Source of the DNA: Azolla caroliniana
Taxonomy: Eukaryota > Plantae > Polypodiophyta
Direction of reading: 5' to 3'
NCBI GenBank assembly: GCA_043228905.1
Contig: JBHGNT010000021.1
Coordinates: 7,440,001 to 7,504,000, forward strand
Length of the DNA stretch: 64,000 nt
Made by a program: the position numbers and the translations under genes. Positions 40,486-51,452 of the stretch are shown here, piece by piece. The notes under the pieces were generated by a model that was not told the DNA's origin, made no database searches, and worked only from the letters and a program-made list of their open reading frames with translations. The first letter of the stretch is position 1. Each line of letters begins with the position of its first letter.

Positions 40486-43400
40486 ATGGCGGGAGAGGAA
40501 CATGCGCGGGAAACGAAAAAGGACGGCTCGAGGCACAACCCACTATATAAGACACAGGCCTGCGAAGGGCTCACGTTTTACGAATTTTCCTACATACAGG
40601 CGCAGAAGCACAGAAGAGCGACCCGACACACAGAGCACACACAGCGCGATCCCGAACACCAGGCAGCAGACGAAGAATTCGAAGCAATGGTACTGTCGGA
40701 AGAGGCACGCCAATGGATGAGGGAGAACGGGTTAAAAGGCTTGCTGCAGATCGCCGACGCTCCACCACACGCAGAACCAGAGCAGGCGGCAGCATCGATC
40801 GATATATCAGAAGTCACGGAAGGAGCGGTGCAGGCACTCACGGGGATCAAAGCAGGAGGACTGCAAACAATCGAAAACCCTTCCAGTGAAATCCTGTTCG
40901 AATATTTCGGGGAATACTCTATCAGCAGCAAGTCGTACCGAACGCAGGGCGGAGAGAACCTGCTGTTCGGAGAAGTGGCCCGCGCTATGATGGAATACGG
41001 ATTCGTGAATCCCCGTCCCCCAGCCATAGCCAAGTATCGGGCAGCATTCTTGATAGCAGCGTACGAGGGCTTACAAATAGACTGGCTCCATTTCATAACC
41101 GAAGGATTGAAGTAGGCCATCAAAAATCTGGTGGAAGGAAAAAAGCCATGGGCCGGGATAGCACAATGGCTAACGGTGTTAGTCCCACCGGTACTCCCCA
41201 TCACACAAAAGAAAAGAGGTCGGCAGGAGACGACGCCGAAAAAGGTCACAAAGCGCCGACAGATCTTGGAGAAACACACCCCCGGATGGACCCCGCAAGA
41301 AGCAAAACAGCAGGGGGAAGGACCATCCCGACAGCAACAGGAACCGGCCACAAAGGCAAAACCGGCAGGTAAAGGCAAAGGGAAAGCGGCTGAGGAGGAA
41401 CCGGTAGCGCGCAAACCAATCCATATAACGCTGCGACGGCCGGAACCGGAACCAAAGGTCTCTAGACAAAAGGTCCGTCTGGTACCCGCACCGGAGGAGG
41501 AAACTGAAACAGAAGACTCATCCGAACCACTGGTAAGACTCCTAGCAAGACAAGGTCGGGAGAAACGGGCGAAAGGACCGGCTCCACCAGTGGACAGAAC
41601 TCAGCAGAGGGCGCAAGGACCATCTCCAGTAGCCGAGGCGGAAATAGCACCGGAACCTGTACCCAGGGAAGCAGCACCGACACCGGTTGGGCCGGACTTC
41701 AGAAAACCGGTCATCCCGGAGAAGAAGAAGGAACGAGCGCCGGAGCCGGAGCCAGAGAAGAGGCCGGAAAATCAGCCTGGCTTAAGTGAGCAAGGCCACC
41801 CCGAAATCGGAAGAACAAAGCCACAATGGCTGAGATGGCTTTCGGAGCAGTTATCGGGAGTAGCGGACCAGTTAGAGAAAGAAGAAACGTGTCGGCAACA
41901 GCTGACGCATACAACAACGCAGGAGTTGGTCGCGCTCCGAACACAGATCGAGGAAATGCAAGGGGAGCTGTTGCAGGCAAGGGAAGGAATTCAACAAGCA
42001 CAAGCTGTCACCGAGCCGGTCGGGACAACAAGGAAGCAACCAGAACCGGAACCGGAACCGGTAGCCTTGCAAACCGGCCCTGAGACCGAAAAAATAATAG
42101 AAACCTTACGAGAGGAGTTACAAGCTCAGGAGGCATTAAGGGAAAGAGAAAGGGAGCAGCGAAAAGCGGTGGAGGATGACAGACGAAAAATGGAAGAAGG
42201 CCTCCGGAAAGGTCGAGCCGCTAATGACCGACTGCAAGAAGAAAAAGAGAAGCTGCAGAAGGAGAAGGACCGACTACGTCGACATGCCGAACAAGAGATA
42301 GAACGACTGCAGGAAGAACTCCGACAACAGAAGGACCGGGACGATCGGTTAAGAGCTCAGGCAACCCGACGCCTGAAGCAGAAGACGGAGGACTTCGACC
42401 GTCTCTACAGAGATCACAAGCAGGCCGAGTCGGACAACAAAAAACGAGCAGCAGACTACGACCGGCAAATAGAGAAGCTGAAAGAGCAGCTCAAAGAGAC
42501 CCGATTAGACCTGGCTAAGGCGATGGATGAGGTCAGTGCCAACAAGGAAGCATTGTCGGCGGAAATAGCCCAAGCAACGGAGAGAAGGAAGGAATTAGAG
42601 GCGCTAAGGCGGGAAAAGCTGGACCTGACCAAGATCCGGAATGAAGAAAAGGAAAAATCGACCTTCACGATCAGCAAACTGCAGAGTACCTATGAAAAGC
42701 AGAAAGCAGATTACGAGGCCCAGGCTCAGATAATGGCTGACATTATAAAACGGGCAAGGAAGGAAAAGCAGGAAGCTTATGCGCATGCTAAGGCAGGAGT
42801 TGACCGGATCAAGCTCATCATGTCAGGATGGAGTACCCGAGCTCAGGCAAGTATTAACGAAAGTACGGAAAAGCTATGGAAGGAGTGGTCACAACAGGCA
42901 GCCGAGCTGCAGACACTCCGAGCGGATGCCGAGAATCGGAAGAAGACCGGCGACAGGTTCTACAAGATGGATGAAGAAAGTATCGTCACCATTCGGGAGG
43001 AATTGTCGGAGGATTTCTACACTTTAGCAGAAGAACACCTCAAAGAAATCCGAGGGTTGGTAGAGAGGTTGGATGACGGGCAGCTCGCAACTCAGTTGGA
43101 GTTGGAGAGATACGAGCAGGACCGGTTACGACAGGAAGCTAAGGGAAGAACGACGCCAACCACTATTGGTGAGGGAACGCGACCGGATGAAGATGAACCA
43201 ACCAACACCGAACAACCCCGACAAGGAATACCTGAAGACGAACTTGAAGAAGAGCAGGAGCGGACCGATGCCGGAGAAGAAGAAGAGCTGAGACCGGAAG
43301 ACACCAGGACAGAGGAAGGAGGCATATCAAGTCGACCAGTCGAGACCGGAGAAAGCGACGCCGGTAACAGAACAGAGCCAGGAACGGAGGGAGAACAGGA

Positions 43401-43590
43401 AGAACCCGGACGAAGCGGTGAGGAAGCACCGGCACCACGAAATCAAGCAGAGCCGGAGCAGAAAATTTTTACGGAACAGCCTACCCAACAGGAGGTCGGA
43501 GACCAGGCAGGCAAGGAACAGGAACAGGAGGAAGAAGCACCACTTGACACTATCGAGCAAAGTGTGCTCGATATTTTGGAGGAAGACTGA
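40486..43590 (+). CDS. Extra ORF (~1034 aa): plant-TE-like N-domain, basic NLS-like patch, Pro-rich linker, long coiled coil, acidic tail; one internal TAG at 41113-41115
   Basis: ORFs 40411-41115 and 41131-43590 are in frame. E/K/R/Q/L-rich heptad region at ~41850-43140. No hydrophobic transmembrane segment. Confidence 0.85.
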
Positions 43591-44032
43591 GGCCGGGAGT
43601 GGATTCGAAGTGCAAGGCACTTTCCCACGGGCGTGCCATGTGTTGGCCGGTCAGAAGAGCAAGGACAAGTGGGAAGGCGGAATCGGATTGGATAATAGGA
43701 AGTAATAGTAGAATTATTATTCGGAGGGACGGATTCGGTACAGTTGTACCGATCCGGATCCGAACCGATTCGGATGTCGGGTGCCTAAGCGCACCGATTG
43801 TAACCTTGCCGGATGCCTATAAAAGGATCCGATGATTTGTAAAGTTTTTTGACGGAAGTAATACAATAGTAATTATTGTGTATTTATCTGTATCTCGTAT
43901 TGTTTTGCCGTCCGTGCTTAATTGTAATCATCTTATGCGTGTAATCTAGCATCCAATCCTTACCACCCCTTTGGAGAAGTGTCGAGTAGACACCTGTGTT
44001 GAGGCTAGTCCGGCCAGATAGACAACAGTACA

Positions 44033-45672
44033 TGCCCAGGTATGCAGAGTGAAGTTATCGATGAAGGTTACAAACTAACAGCTTCCACCGAGACTCACGT
44101 TCTGTGCTGGTCCCCACACATCCAGCGGATTTCGATTACGATTACGCTCATTGGGGAATGGAAGTCGGTGTTGCTTCCCTAGTTGGTAGGCTTTGCAAAC
44201 TTGGCCATTATGGCCCCAAAATTTCGGCAATCCGAAAACAATATTCTTCGTCTGCATTTCACGAAGCCATGGGAAGTTAACGTGGCCGAACCGCTTGTGC
44301 CATAGGTCGATGTCCAATTCGACCTTCTGTCCTTTCACAAATAGCGCGGTTCCGGCTTGGTTGGTGTTGAGGATGAACATCCTCCCTTCACAGCGCCCTT
44401 GCATGATTACTTTGCCTTCTTCTTAAATGTAGCACCCGAGGTGCGTGAATCGAACTTGCATCCCATGGTCGACGATCTGGCCGACCGACACCAGGTTCTT
44501 GGTTATTGTCAAGATGTGCAACACATTCAAAAGTTTCCCTTTCTGCCCAATGTGGTTGAGGGGAACTTCTCCGAAATGTTCGATGGTATGCGGAGTGTCG
44601 TCTCCCCTTTCGACCACTCCTTGCATTTCCGATTTCTCCAAGTACGAGAATCATTCCTCATGACTCACCTTATGATTTGATGCTCTGGAATCAACATACC
44701 ACACCTCGTTCGATTTCGAGGTGGTTACAACCATCGAATTGGACTTGTGCTTCATTACAAAGGTTGGGCCCGATCCAATTTCAGCTCGTTCGGAGATTTC
44801 AGCGTAGTGTGATTTCTGACGCCTCCTGCGTCTCTTTCGCTCGATTCGGCTTTGTCCGAATCGGCTCTCTTCTTCCAACACTCGCTCTCCCTATGGCCTT
44901 TCTTGCCACAATACTAACATGTTGTCGCGGCCTTCTTTTGCCAGCTTCCGGTGCCGCTATGACTCCCCCTGCTTCCGGAGGGTTCAGAATTGCGTCTGGC
45001 ATTTCAATTATGCCACACGTTCTGCTCTTTTCGGCCACCTCCACTGTGCGCCGATCTGGCTCGTCCGCCATGACCACAGAGCCTGTCTTCCTCCGTGTAC
45101 ACCATCCTGCCGTTGGCGTGCGTACTCGTCGACGCACCCGCGTGATTTTCCTCCACGAGCAACATCGACTGAAGCTCGAAGAACGAGGACGTATTCTCCC
45201 TTGTGCAACCTGTTGTTTGGAAAGCTCCAAACTTTGACGCTAACCCTCCAAGGCAAACCTGCACCATTTCGTCACAGATCTCCTTGATTCGGGCCATATA
45301 ATCGGCCACGGACAGATCTTTCTGTCGGACATTGCTGAGCTCCTACCTGAGCTGCAGCTTCGCAGCCGTTGTGCTAGCAGCAAAAATTTCCTTGAGATTC
45401 ACCCACACGTCCTTTGGCGTCTTAGCATCCCGAATGTAGCTCAAGAGCTAGTCGCTCACACAGGATGCGAAGCAGTAAAGAGCTCTGCTTGCCGCTTGTT
45501 CCCAAGCCAAAAAATCTCTGTGTGTCGATTCGAGTGTTATATCATTAGCTCCTTCGACATCATTCCAGTAACCATGACCAAGCAGGTACCGATGCATCTT
45601 GTACGACCAAGATGCGTAGTTGCTCTTGTCGAGCTTTTAAGTCAGTAGCGAGCTTCCCATTCCTCTATCCAT
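44033..45672 (-). pseudogene. gag-pol: Copia B gag-PR-INT, 5' half
   Basis: LDKSNYASWSYKM, WYVDSRASNH, LWHKRFGH and DVWGPAQ. Confidence 0.9.
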
Positions 45673-45865
45673 ATTGTTGTCTTATCCTTTCCGAAAACAA
45701 TGACTTAACGTTGTCTTTATCGCAAGCTTTTCTGTCGGCTGTAGAGGAGTCTCAACCCTTGCGTTCTGATACCATGTAAAAGAATACGTGTGCGGAAGTG
45801 TATGCGAAGGACACAAAGTACACGGTTCGGAAGTACGACAGTTCGGTAAAACACAAAAATCACAT

Positions 45866-45902
<37 letters not shown>

Positions 45903-45986
45903 AGAAAACGTAACTATATTCAAAAATACTTCTTTGTATATTCTCTCTGTGTACATGCTTGGTGCTCAGTGAGCACCTTTTATACA

Positions 45987-48900
45987 TGTAAAGAATCAAG
46001 AGATGGATTCTTGTGAAGCGGAAGAGATGTGAGTTATGTGTGTGTGTAAGAGAGAGAGAGAGAGAGTAAAACACAAAGAATACGCAAGGTAAACGTATAT
46101 TGACAAAGGAGAAAGACTCAACATTTTACAAGGTGGGAGGAGGGTGCTTTATGTAGTCACCCTCTCTCTTCATTAACTACAAGACTCATGGAGCATGGGG
46201 AATGTGAAAGATCATAAGTTATGTGTCATAGAATATGATTCTATGACTCATACTAAATGCTAGAATAAAGTGGTGACATAATGGTGACTCTTGACCGTTG
46301 GAGTGTCTCTTCACTCTCAAGGTGAGTTCACACACTAGACCAAGTTGAGCTTGATTCTCAACACGCCCCCTCAAGCTCAAGTCAAGTCGGTTTCAAACAG
46401 TATCCGAAATCCGCTTCAACTCGCGTTCTGGAGTCTACGTCGACTCGTGTCAATTCGCATTTATGCAGAGTTGCGGAATCCGTGCTCCAGCTTGCGTTGT
46501 GCGTAGTTACAAAGTCTATGCTTCGGCTTGCGTGTGTAGTTGCGAAGTCTGTGCTTCGGCTTGCGACTTTCTTCGCGGCTTTGTTGTGTGGTTGCGGAAT
46601 CCACGTGTTATTGCGTAGTGTCTTCAGTACTCCCCCTCAAGCTTGACAGGTCAGGGATCGTCAATCCGAGATCGGTCATGAATTTCCATAACTTGTCGGC
46701 TCCTAAGGCTTTAGCGAAGATGTCGGCCATTTGAAGATTTGTGCTAATGTGTTGTACGTCGACATTGCCTGCTAGAACACGCTCTCGGATGAAGTGATAG
46801 TGCACTTCGATGTGCTTTTTCCGTGCATGGAACACCGGGTTCCGAGCCAGATGAGTTGCCGATACTGAGTCAGCTCACACGCTTTGGTGCTGGATTTCGC
46901 ATCTAGTTTGAGATTGCGATCGAGCGGGGTTGCCACGGATTTGCACTCAACCATCCCGAACTTGTATAGCAAGTTGAGGATGTAGTGTCGTTGAGAGATC
47001 ATGATTCCAGCCGGAGTCCGAATTACCTCGATGTCGAGGAAGTAGTGGAGCTCCTTCATGTCCGTCATCTCGAACTCTTTGGAAAGGAGGGATTTGACCT
47101 TAGTGATTTCGACGAGATGCTCATCTCCAATGACTAGGTCATTCACATATAAGATGATGACGATCGGACTTGCGGAATCGCTTCGTATGTAGAGGGAGTT
47201 GTCTGATTTTGACATACGGAAGCCGATTTGATGAAGATATTGCGTTATCTTCGAATGCCAAGCACGCGGTGCTTGGTTAAGGCCGTAGAGTGGCTTCTTG
47301 AGTCGGCAAACAACTTTTGGATGGGTGCTCGAGTTGAAGCCGGGTGGTTGGATCATGTACACCTCTTCTAATTCACCTTGTAGAAAGGCGTTCTTGACGT
47401 CCATTTGATGGAGGTGCCACCCTTTCGCCGCGGCAATTGCAATTACGGTCCGCACCGTCATCATCTTTGCCACCGGGGCAAAGGTCTCTTCGTAGTTGAC
47501 GCCATGTGTCTGAGCGTATCCTTTCGCTACGAGTCGAGCTTTGTAGCAGTTTACGGAGCCATCAGCGTTATATTTCACCTTGTAGATCCATCTGCATCCA
47601 ATCGCCTTTTTGTGTGGTGAGGTGGGAACGAGATCCCACGTCTCGTTCTTCTGTAGTGCCTGCATCTCCTCGTTCATTGCTTCGATCCATCGCAGGTCCT
47701 TCGCGGCTTCCGAAAAGGTTTCCAGCTCCCATACTGTCGCTACCTTCATCATAAAGGCGTAATGGTACGCCATATAATCATTGTAGCCGAATCGGCTTAC
47801 GGGGTTCTTTTCACGAGTGGATCGGCGAAGCTTTTCATTTGTAGAGATGAGGGCTTTCTTAGCTCCGATTGGTACCTCGAAACTGCCGAACTCACTGTCG
47901 AGTGAGTGAGTCGACTCATCGCCATTGAAACGATCGTCTTCGTATTCCGACATTTTCGCCTTGCCTTTGTCCATCTTCGGGCTAGGCCGTGATGTGCTTT
48001 GATCGCTCAAAGGCTCTTGTGGTCCGCTCAGTCGGGTCGTGATCGGACTTTCTTTGATCATGCGCGTAGGGCGATCTTCATCCTCGATCTCTTGTTCGGC
48101 AGATTCCGGGTCGAGCGGAATCGGAGTTGGAGTTATCTCTTGTGCGTACCAGGATGCGGACTCGTCAAAAACGACGTCTCGACTTACTCTAGATTTTCGA
48201 GTTGAGGGGTTGTAGCACTTGTACCCCTTTTTCTCCGATGAGTATCCTACGAGGATACATTTCTCCGACTTCGGGTCAAGCTTTTGACGCTTCTCATTGG
48301 GGATGTGCACGTACGCTATCGCGCCGAATATCCGGATGTGCGATAAGTCCAGCTTCTTTCCGAAGTATTTTTTGTGCGGAGTGACCTCATGCACGCCGGA
48401 TGTTGTGCACCGGTTCATTAGGTAGACGGCCGTATTTGCAGCTTCGGCCCAATATGACTTGGGCATATGCTTCTCGTTCATCATGGCCCGCGCTACTTCG
48501 AGGATGTGCCGATTTTTGCGCTCGACTACTCCGTTTTGTTGCGTAGTGTGTCGGCAAGTGAATTCTCGCCGAATTCCTTCCTTCCGGAGATACGCCGTGA
48601 AATCGTCTAAGAAGTACTCCTTGCCGCCATCCGATCAAAGGCATCGTACATGTCGCGGCCCGTGGCTTTCTCGACTTCATTCTTGAAATTTTGGAAGTGT
48701 CCGAACACTTCACTCTTTTGCCGCATCGGGTAGATCCAAGTGTGCCTAGAGAAGTCGTCGATGAAGAGCACGTAATATCGGCATCCGCCAAATGTAGCTA
48801 TCTGCGCCGGACCCCATACGTCGGAATGGACTACGTCGAGTAGACCTTTGCTCAAGTTCCGCTCTTTCGGGAATGGGTGTCGATGTTGCTTGCCGAATTG

Positions 48901-50783
48901 GCACGCTTCGCGTACACCTTCAATCTCCTTCTCTTTGAATGTCGGGAGTCCAATGACGACTCCTTTCGATTTCATTGCTTTGAGTTTGTTGAGATTGATG
49001 TGGCCGATTCACTTGTGCCATAGCTCTATGTCGGAGTTGGCTTTCGTGTTTTTCGCGAACATGGCGGATTTCATCTCGCGTGAATCGAGAATAAACATCC
49101 GGCCCTCTCTTCATCCGCATGCGATGAGTCGGCCCTCTTTTTCGATGAAGCTACCGTCTTGATTAAATTGAACTTGCATCCCTTGCTCTACAATTTGGCC
49201 GACGGAGACCAAATTCTTCGTGATGGTCGGTACATGCAAGACATTTTTAATGTAATTTTGCTTACCTTCTTTTCGGAACGGAACATTGCCAATGTGCTGA
49301 ATCGGGTGCGTAGTGTCATCTCCGGTTTCGACATAGCCGGGTCGGTCCGGCTCTTGAAGTTCTCGGAACTATTCTTGATGCAACGTCATATGGTTCGAGG
49401 CACCGGAATCGACGAACCATACGTCTTCCGGACCGGAGGCACTAGTTGAGGTAGTGGCCGACATAGAGTTTGCTCTATGTTTCATCATGAACATTCCGCC
49501 ACGGTCGGAGTTGTGCACATACATTCCGCCACAATCTTCATAGTCGGAGTTGTGCCTTGTTGTCGTAGGTCGAACCTCGTCCGCCTTGTCCTTGGCCGAA
49601 TCAGCCTCTCACTCGTCCGCGTCCTCTTACTCCATTAGAGTGCGTGTAGAGCATGTGGCCTTCCGACTCATTGCTCCTTGTACGCACATGGTTTTCTTCG
49701 ACCAATAGCATTGATTGGAACTCAAAGAAGGAGGGAGATTTCTCCCACGCTAGAACGGCGGTTCGCATCGCGCCGAACCGTGGTGCGAGGCCGCCGAGGC
49801 ATACTTGCACCATCTCATCATCATCTATACATACGCTTATTGAGCCGAGTGAGTCGCAAAGCTCCTTGATCTTCAAGGTGTATGTCGTGATGGACATGTC
49901 CCTTTGTTGAATGTTGTTCAACTCTTGGCGGAGTTGAAGCTTCCTCGCGGTCATGTTGGCGGCGAAAATCTTTCGTAGATTTTCCCACGCTTCCTTCGGC
50001 GTCTTGGCTTCTCGAATGTAACCGAGCATGTGGTCGTGAACATATGTCACCAAACAATACATCACGCGGCTTGCTCCCATATTGCGTATCCAGGAGCCGC
50101 TTCGGCGGGTCGGTCTTCATGCGTTCCTTTGATGTAGCTCCAATAGCCTTGTCCGACAAGGTATTGGTGCATCTTGTACTCCCAAGATGCGAAGTTGTTT
50201 CGATCCAACTTCTCGGTAGGGAGAGCGCTCCCCATTTGAGTATTCATTATGTCGATTCTTCTTCTTCTTCTTCTCTCTTTGAATGTGAGCTATGTAGTGA
50301 AGCGACGATAGCTATGAGCCGGTTCTTGGTCGTCGGCGTAGAGCACAACACACGATCACGATGAGGCGAATGGGCTAGATCGAGCTACCAAATCACTCTA
50401 ATACCATGTAAAGAATCATGAGATGGATTCTTGTGAAGCGGAAGAGATGTGAGTTATGTGTGTGTGTAAGAGAGAGAGAGAGAGAGAGAAACACAGAGAA
50501 TACGCAAGGTAAAAGTATATTGACAAAGGAGAAAGACTCAACATTTTACAAGGTGGGAGGAGGGTGCTTTATGTAGTCACCCTCTCTCTTCATTAACTAC
50601 AAGACTCATGGAGCATGGGGAATGTGAAAGCTCATAAGTTATGTGTCATAGAATATGATTCTATGACTCATACTAAATGCTAGAATAAAGTGGTGACATA
50701 ATGGTGACTCTTGACCGTTGGAGTGTCTCTTCACGCTCAAGGTGAGTTCACACACTAGACCAAGTTGAGCTTGATTCTCAACA
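45987..50783 (-). mobile_element. Full-length Ty1/copia (family 1, copy C) nested in the copia B 5' LTR
   Basis: 377-bp LTRs at 45987-46363 and 50407-50783 (~98% identical); TSD ATACA; PBS TGGTATTAGAG; PPT CTTGAGGGGGCG. Confidence 0.96.
46608..50247 (-). pseudogene. gag-pol: Copia C gag-pol pseudogene (N-half of RNase H deleted)
   Basis: MNTQMGSALPTEKLDRNNFASW; 570-aa INT-RT ORF; YRQLI joined directly to the NPVFHAR-coding region at ~46850. Confidence 0.92.
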
Positions 50784-51017
50784 ATACAAGCCATGACTAT
50801 CGGGCTGACACAAGTACTTACAGTACTTGACTGCTCATAAATGACCATCCTACACTTACCCCTACATTTATTCCTTACGAGGAATAACATTCTAATGGCC
50901 TCTCGGTTTACATACCGCTACGGCCATATTTAGCGCACGGTTTTACGCACCCAATCTACGCACTGGGTTACGCACCCGTTTACACTCCCAATGTTGAGCT
51001 TGTCTCTCAACATAAAC

Positions 51018-51113
51018 CTATTGACGATCCCACATGGGAACGCGAGCATACTCTTAAGGCACAATTTCCTCACTTCATATTGCAAGAGTGCAATCTTTTA
51101 AAGTAGGGGAGTA
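51018..51113 (+). pseudogene. Remainder of the chromovirus chromodomain and PPT
   Basis: After the TSD the frame continues (D)KPIDDPTWEREHTLKAQFPHF. AAAGTAGGGGAG PPT directly precedes TGTCATG. Confidence 0.85.
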
Positions 51114-51452
51114 TGTCATGTACACATAACGTTGGTGATGGTAGGACACTACTATTTACATTAGTTAAGGGTATGTTCACTAATGTTAAAAAAGGGGCTA
51201 ATATGATTAGATAGAAGGAATGATAGGTGCATGCAGTATTATGATTTGGGCAACCAATGAATGGAGACCCTTTTAGAAAGGCACATCTATTCAAGGGGCC
51301 TAGGAAAATGTATAAATATGAGGCTTAGCTAACCTCATAAGCACATTACGTCGGAAGGCTGTTGTCTTAGACACCGGTGGTGCGGGCTAGGCTTTCTCCT
51401 CGACGATCGTGCTTATCTCTTCCAAGGTATTAGGTATCCTAATATCCGGCGG

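Larger units (their letters stand above)
33906..44027 (+). mobile_element. Young full-length Ty3/gypsy non-chromovirus (Athila/Tat-like) with an extra 3' ORF
   Basis: 387-bp LTRs at 33906-34292 and 43641-44027 with about 5 mismatches; TSD GTACA; PBS TGGCGACCAC matching the 3' end of plant tRNA-Arg(UCG) as recalled. Confidence 0.97.
29684..51012 (-). mobile_element. Ty1/copia (family 2, copy B), full length, carrying three nested insertions
   Basis: TSD TAAAC at both ends. 3' LTR 29684-30813 (contains a solo LTR); PPT CTTGAGGGGGAG; PBS TGGTATCAGAAC at 45763-45774; 5' LTR 45775-51012 (contains a nested copia). Confidence 0.93.

Noticed and set aside
41131-43590. Retroviral-type env gene
   Set aside because: No signal peptide, transmembrane helix or Cys-rich ectodomain.
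34293-43700. Many antisense ORFs in the gypsy element
   Set aside because: Shadow frames of GC/purine-rich coding sequence without recognisable motifs.
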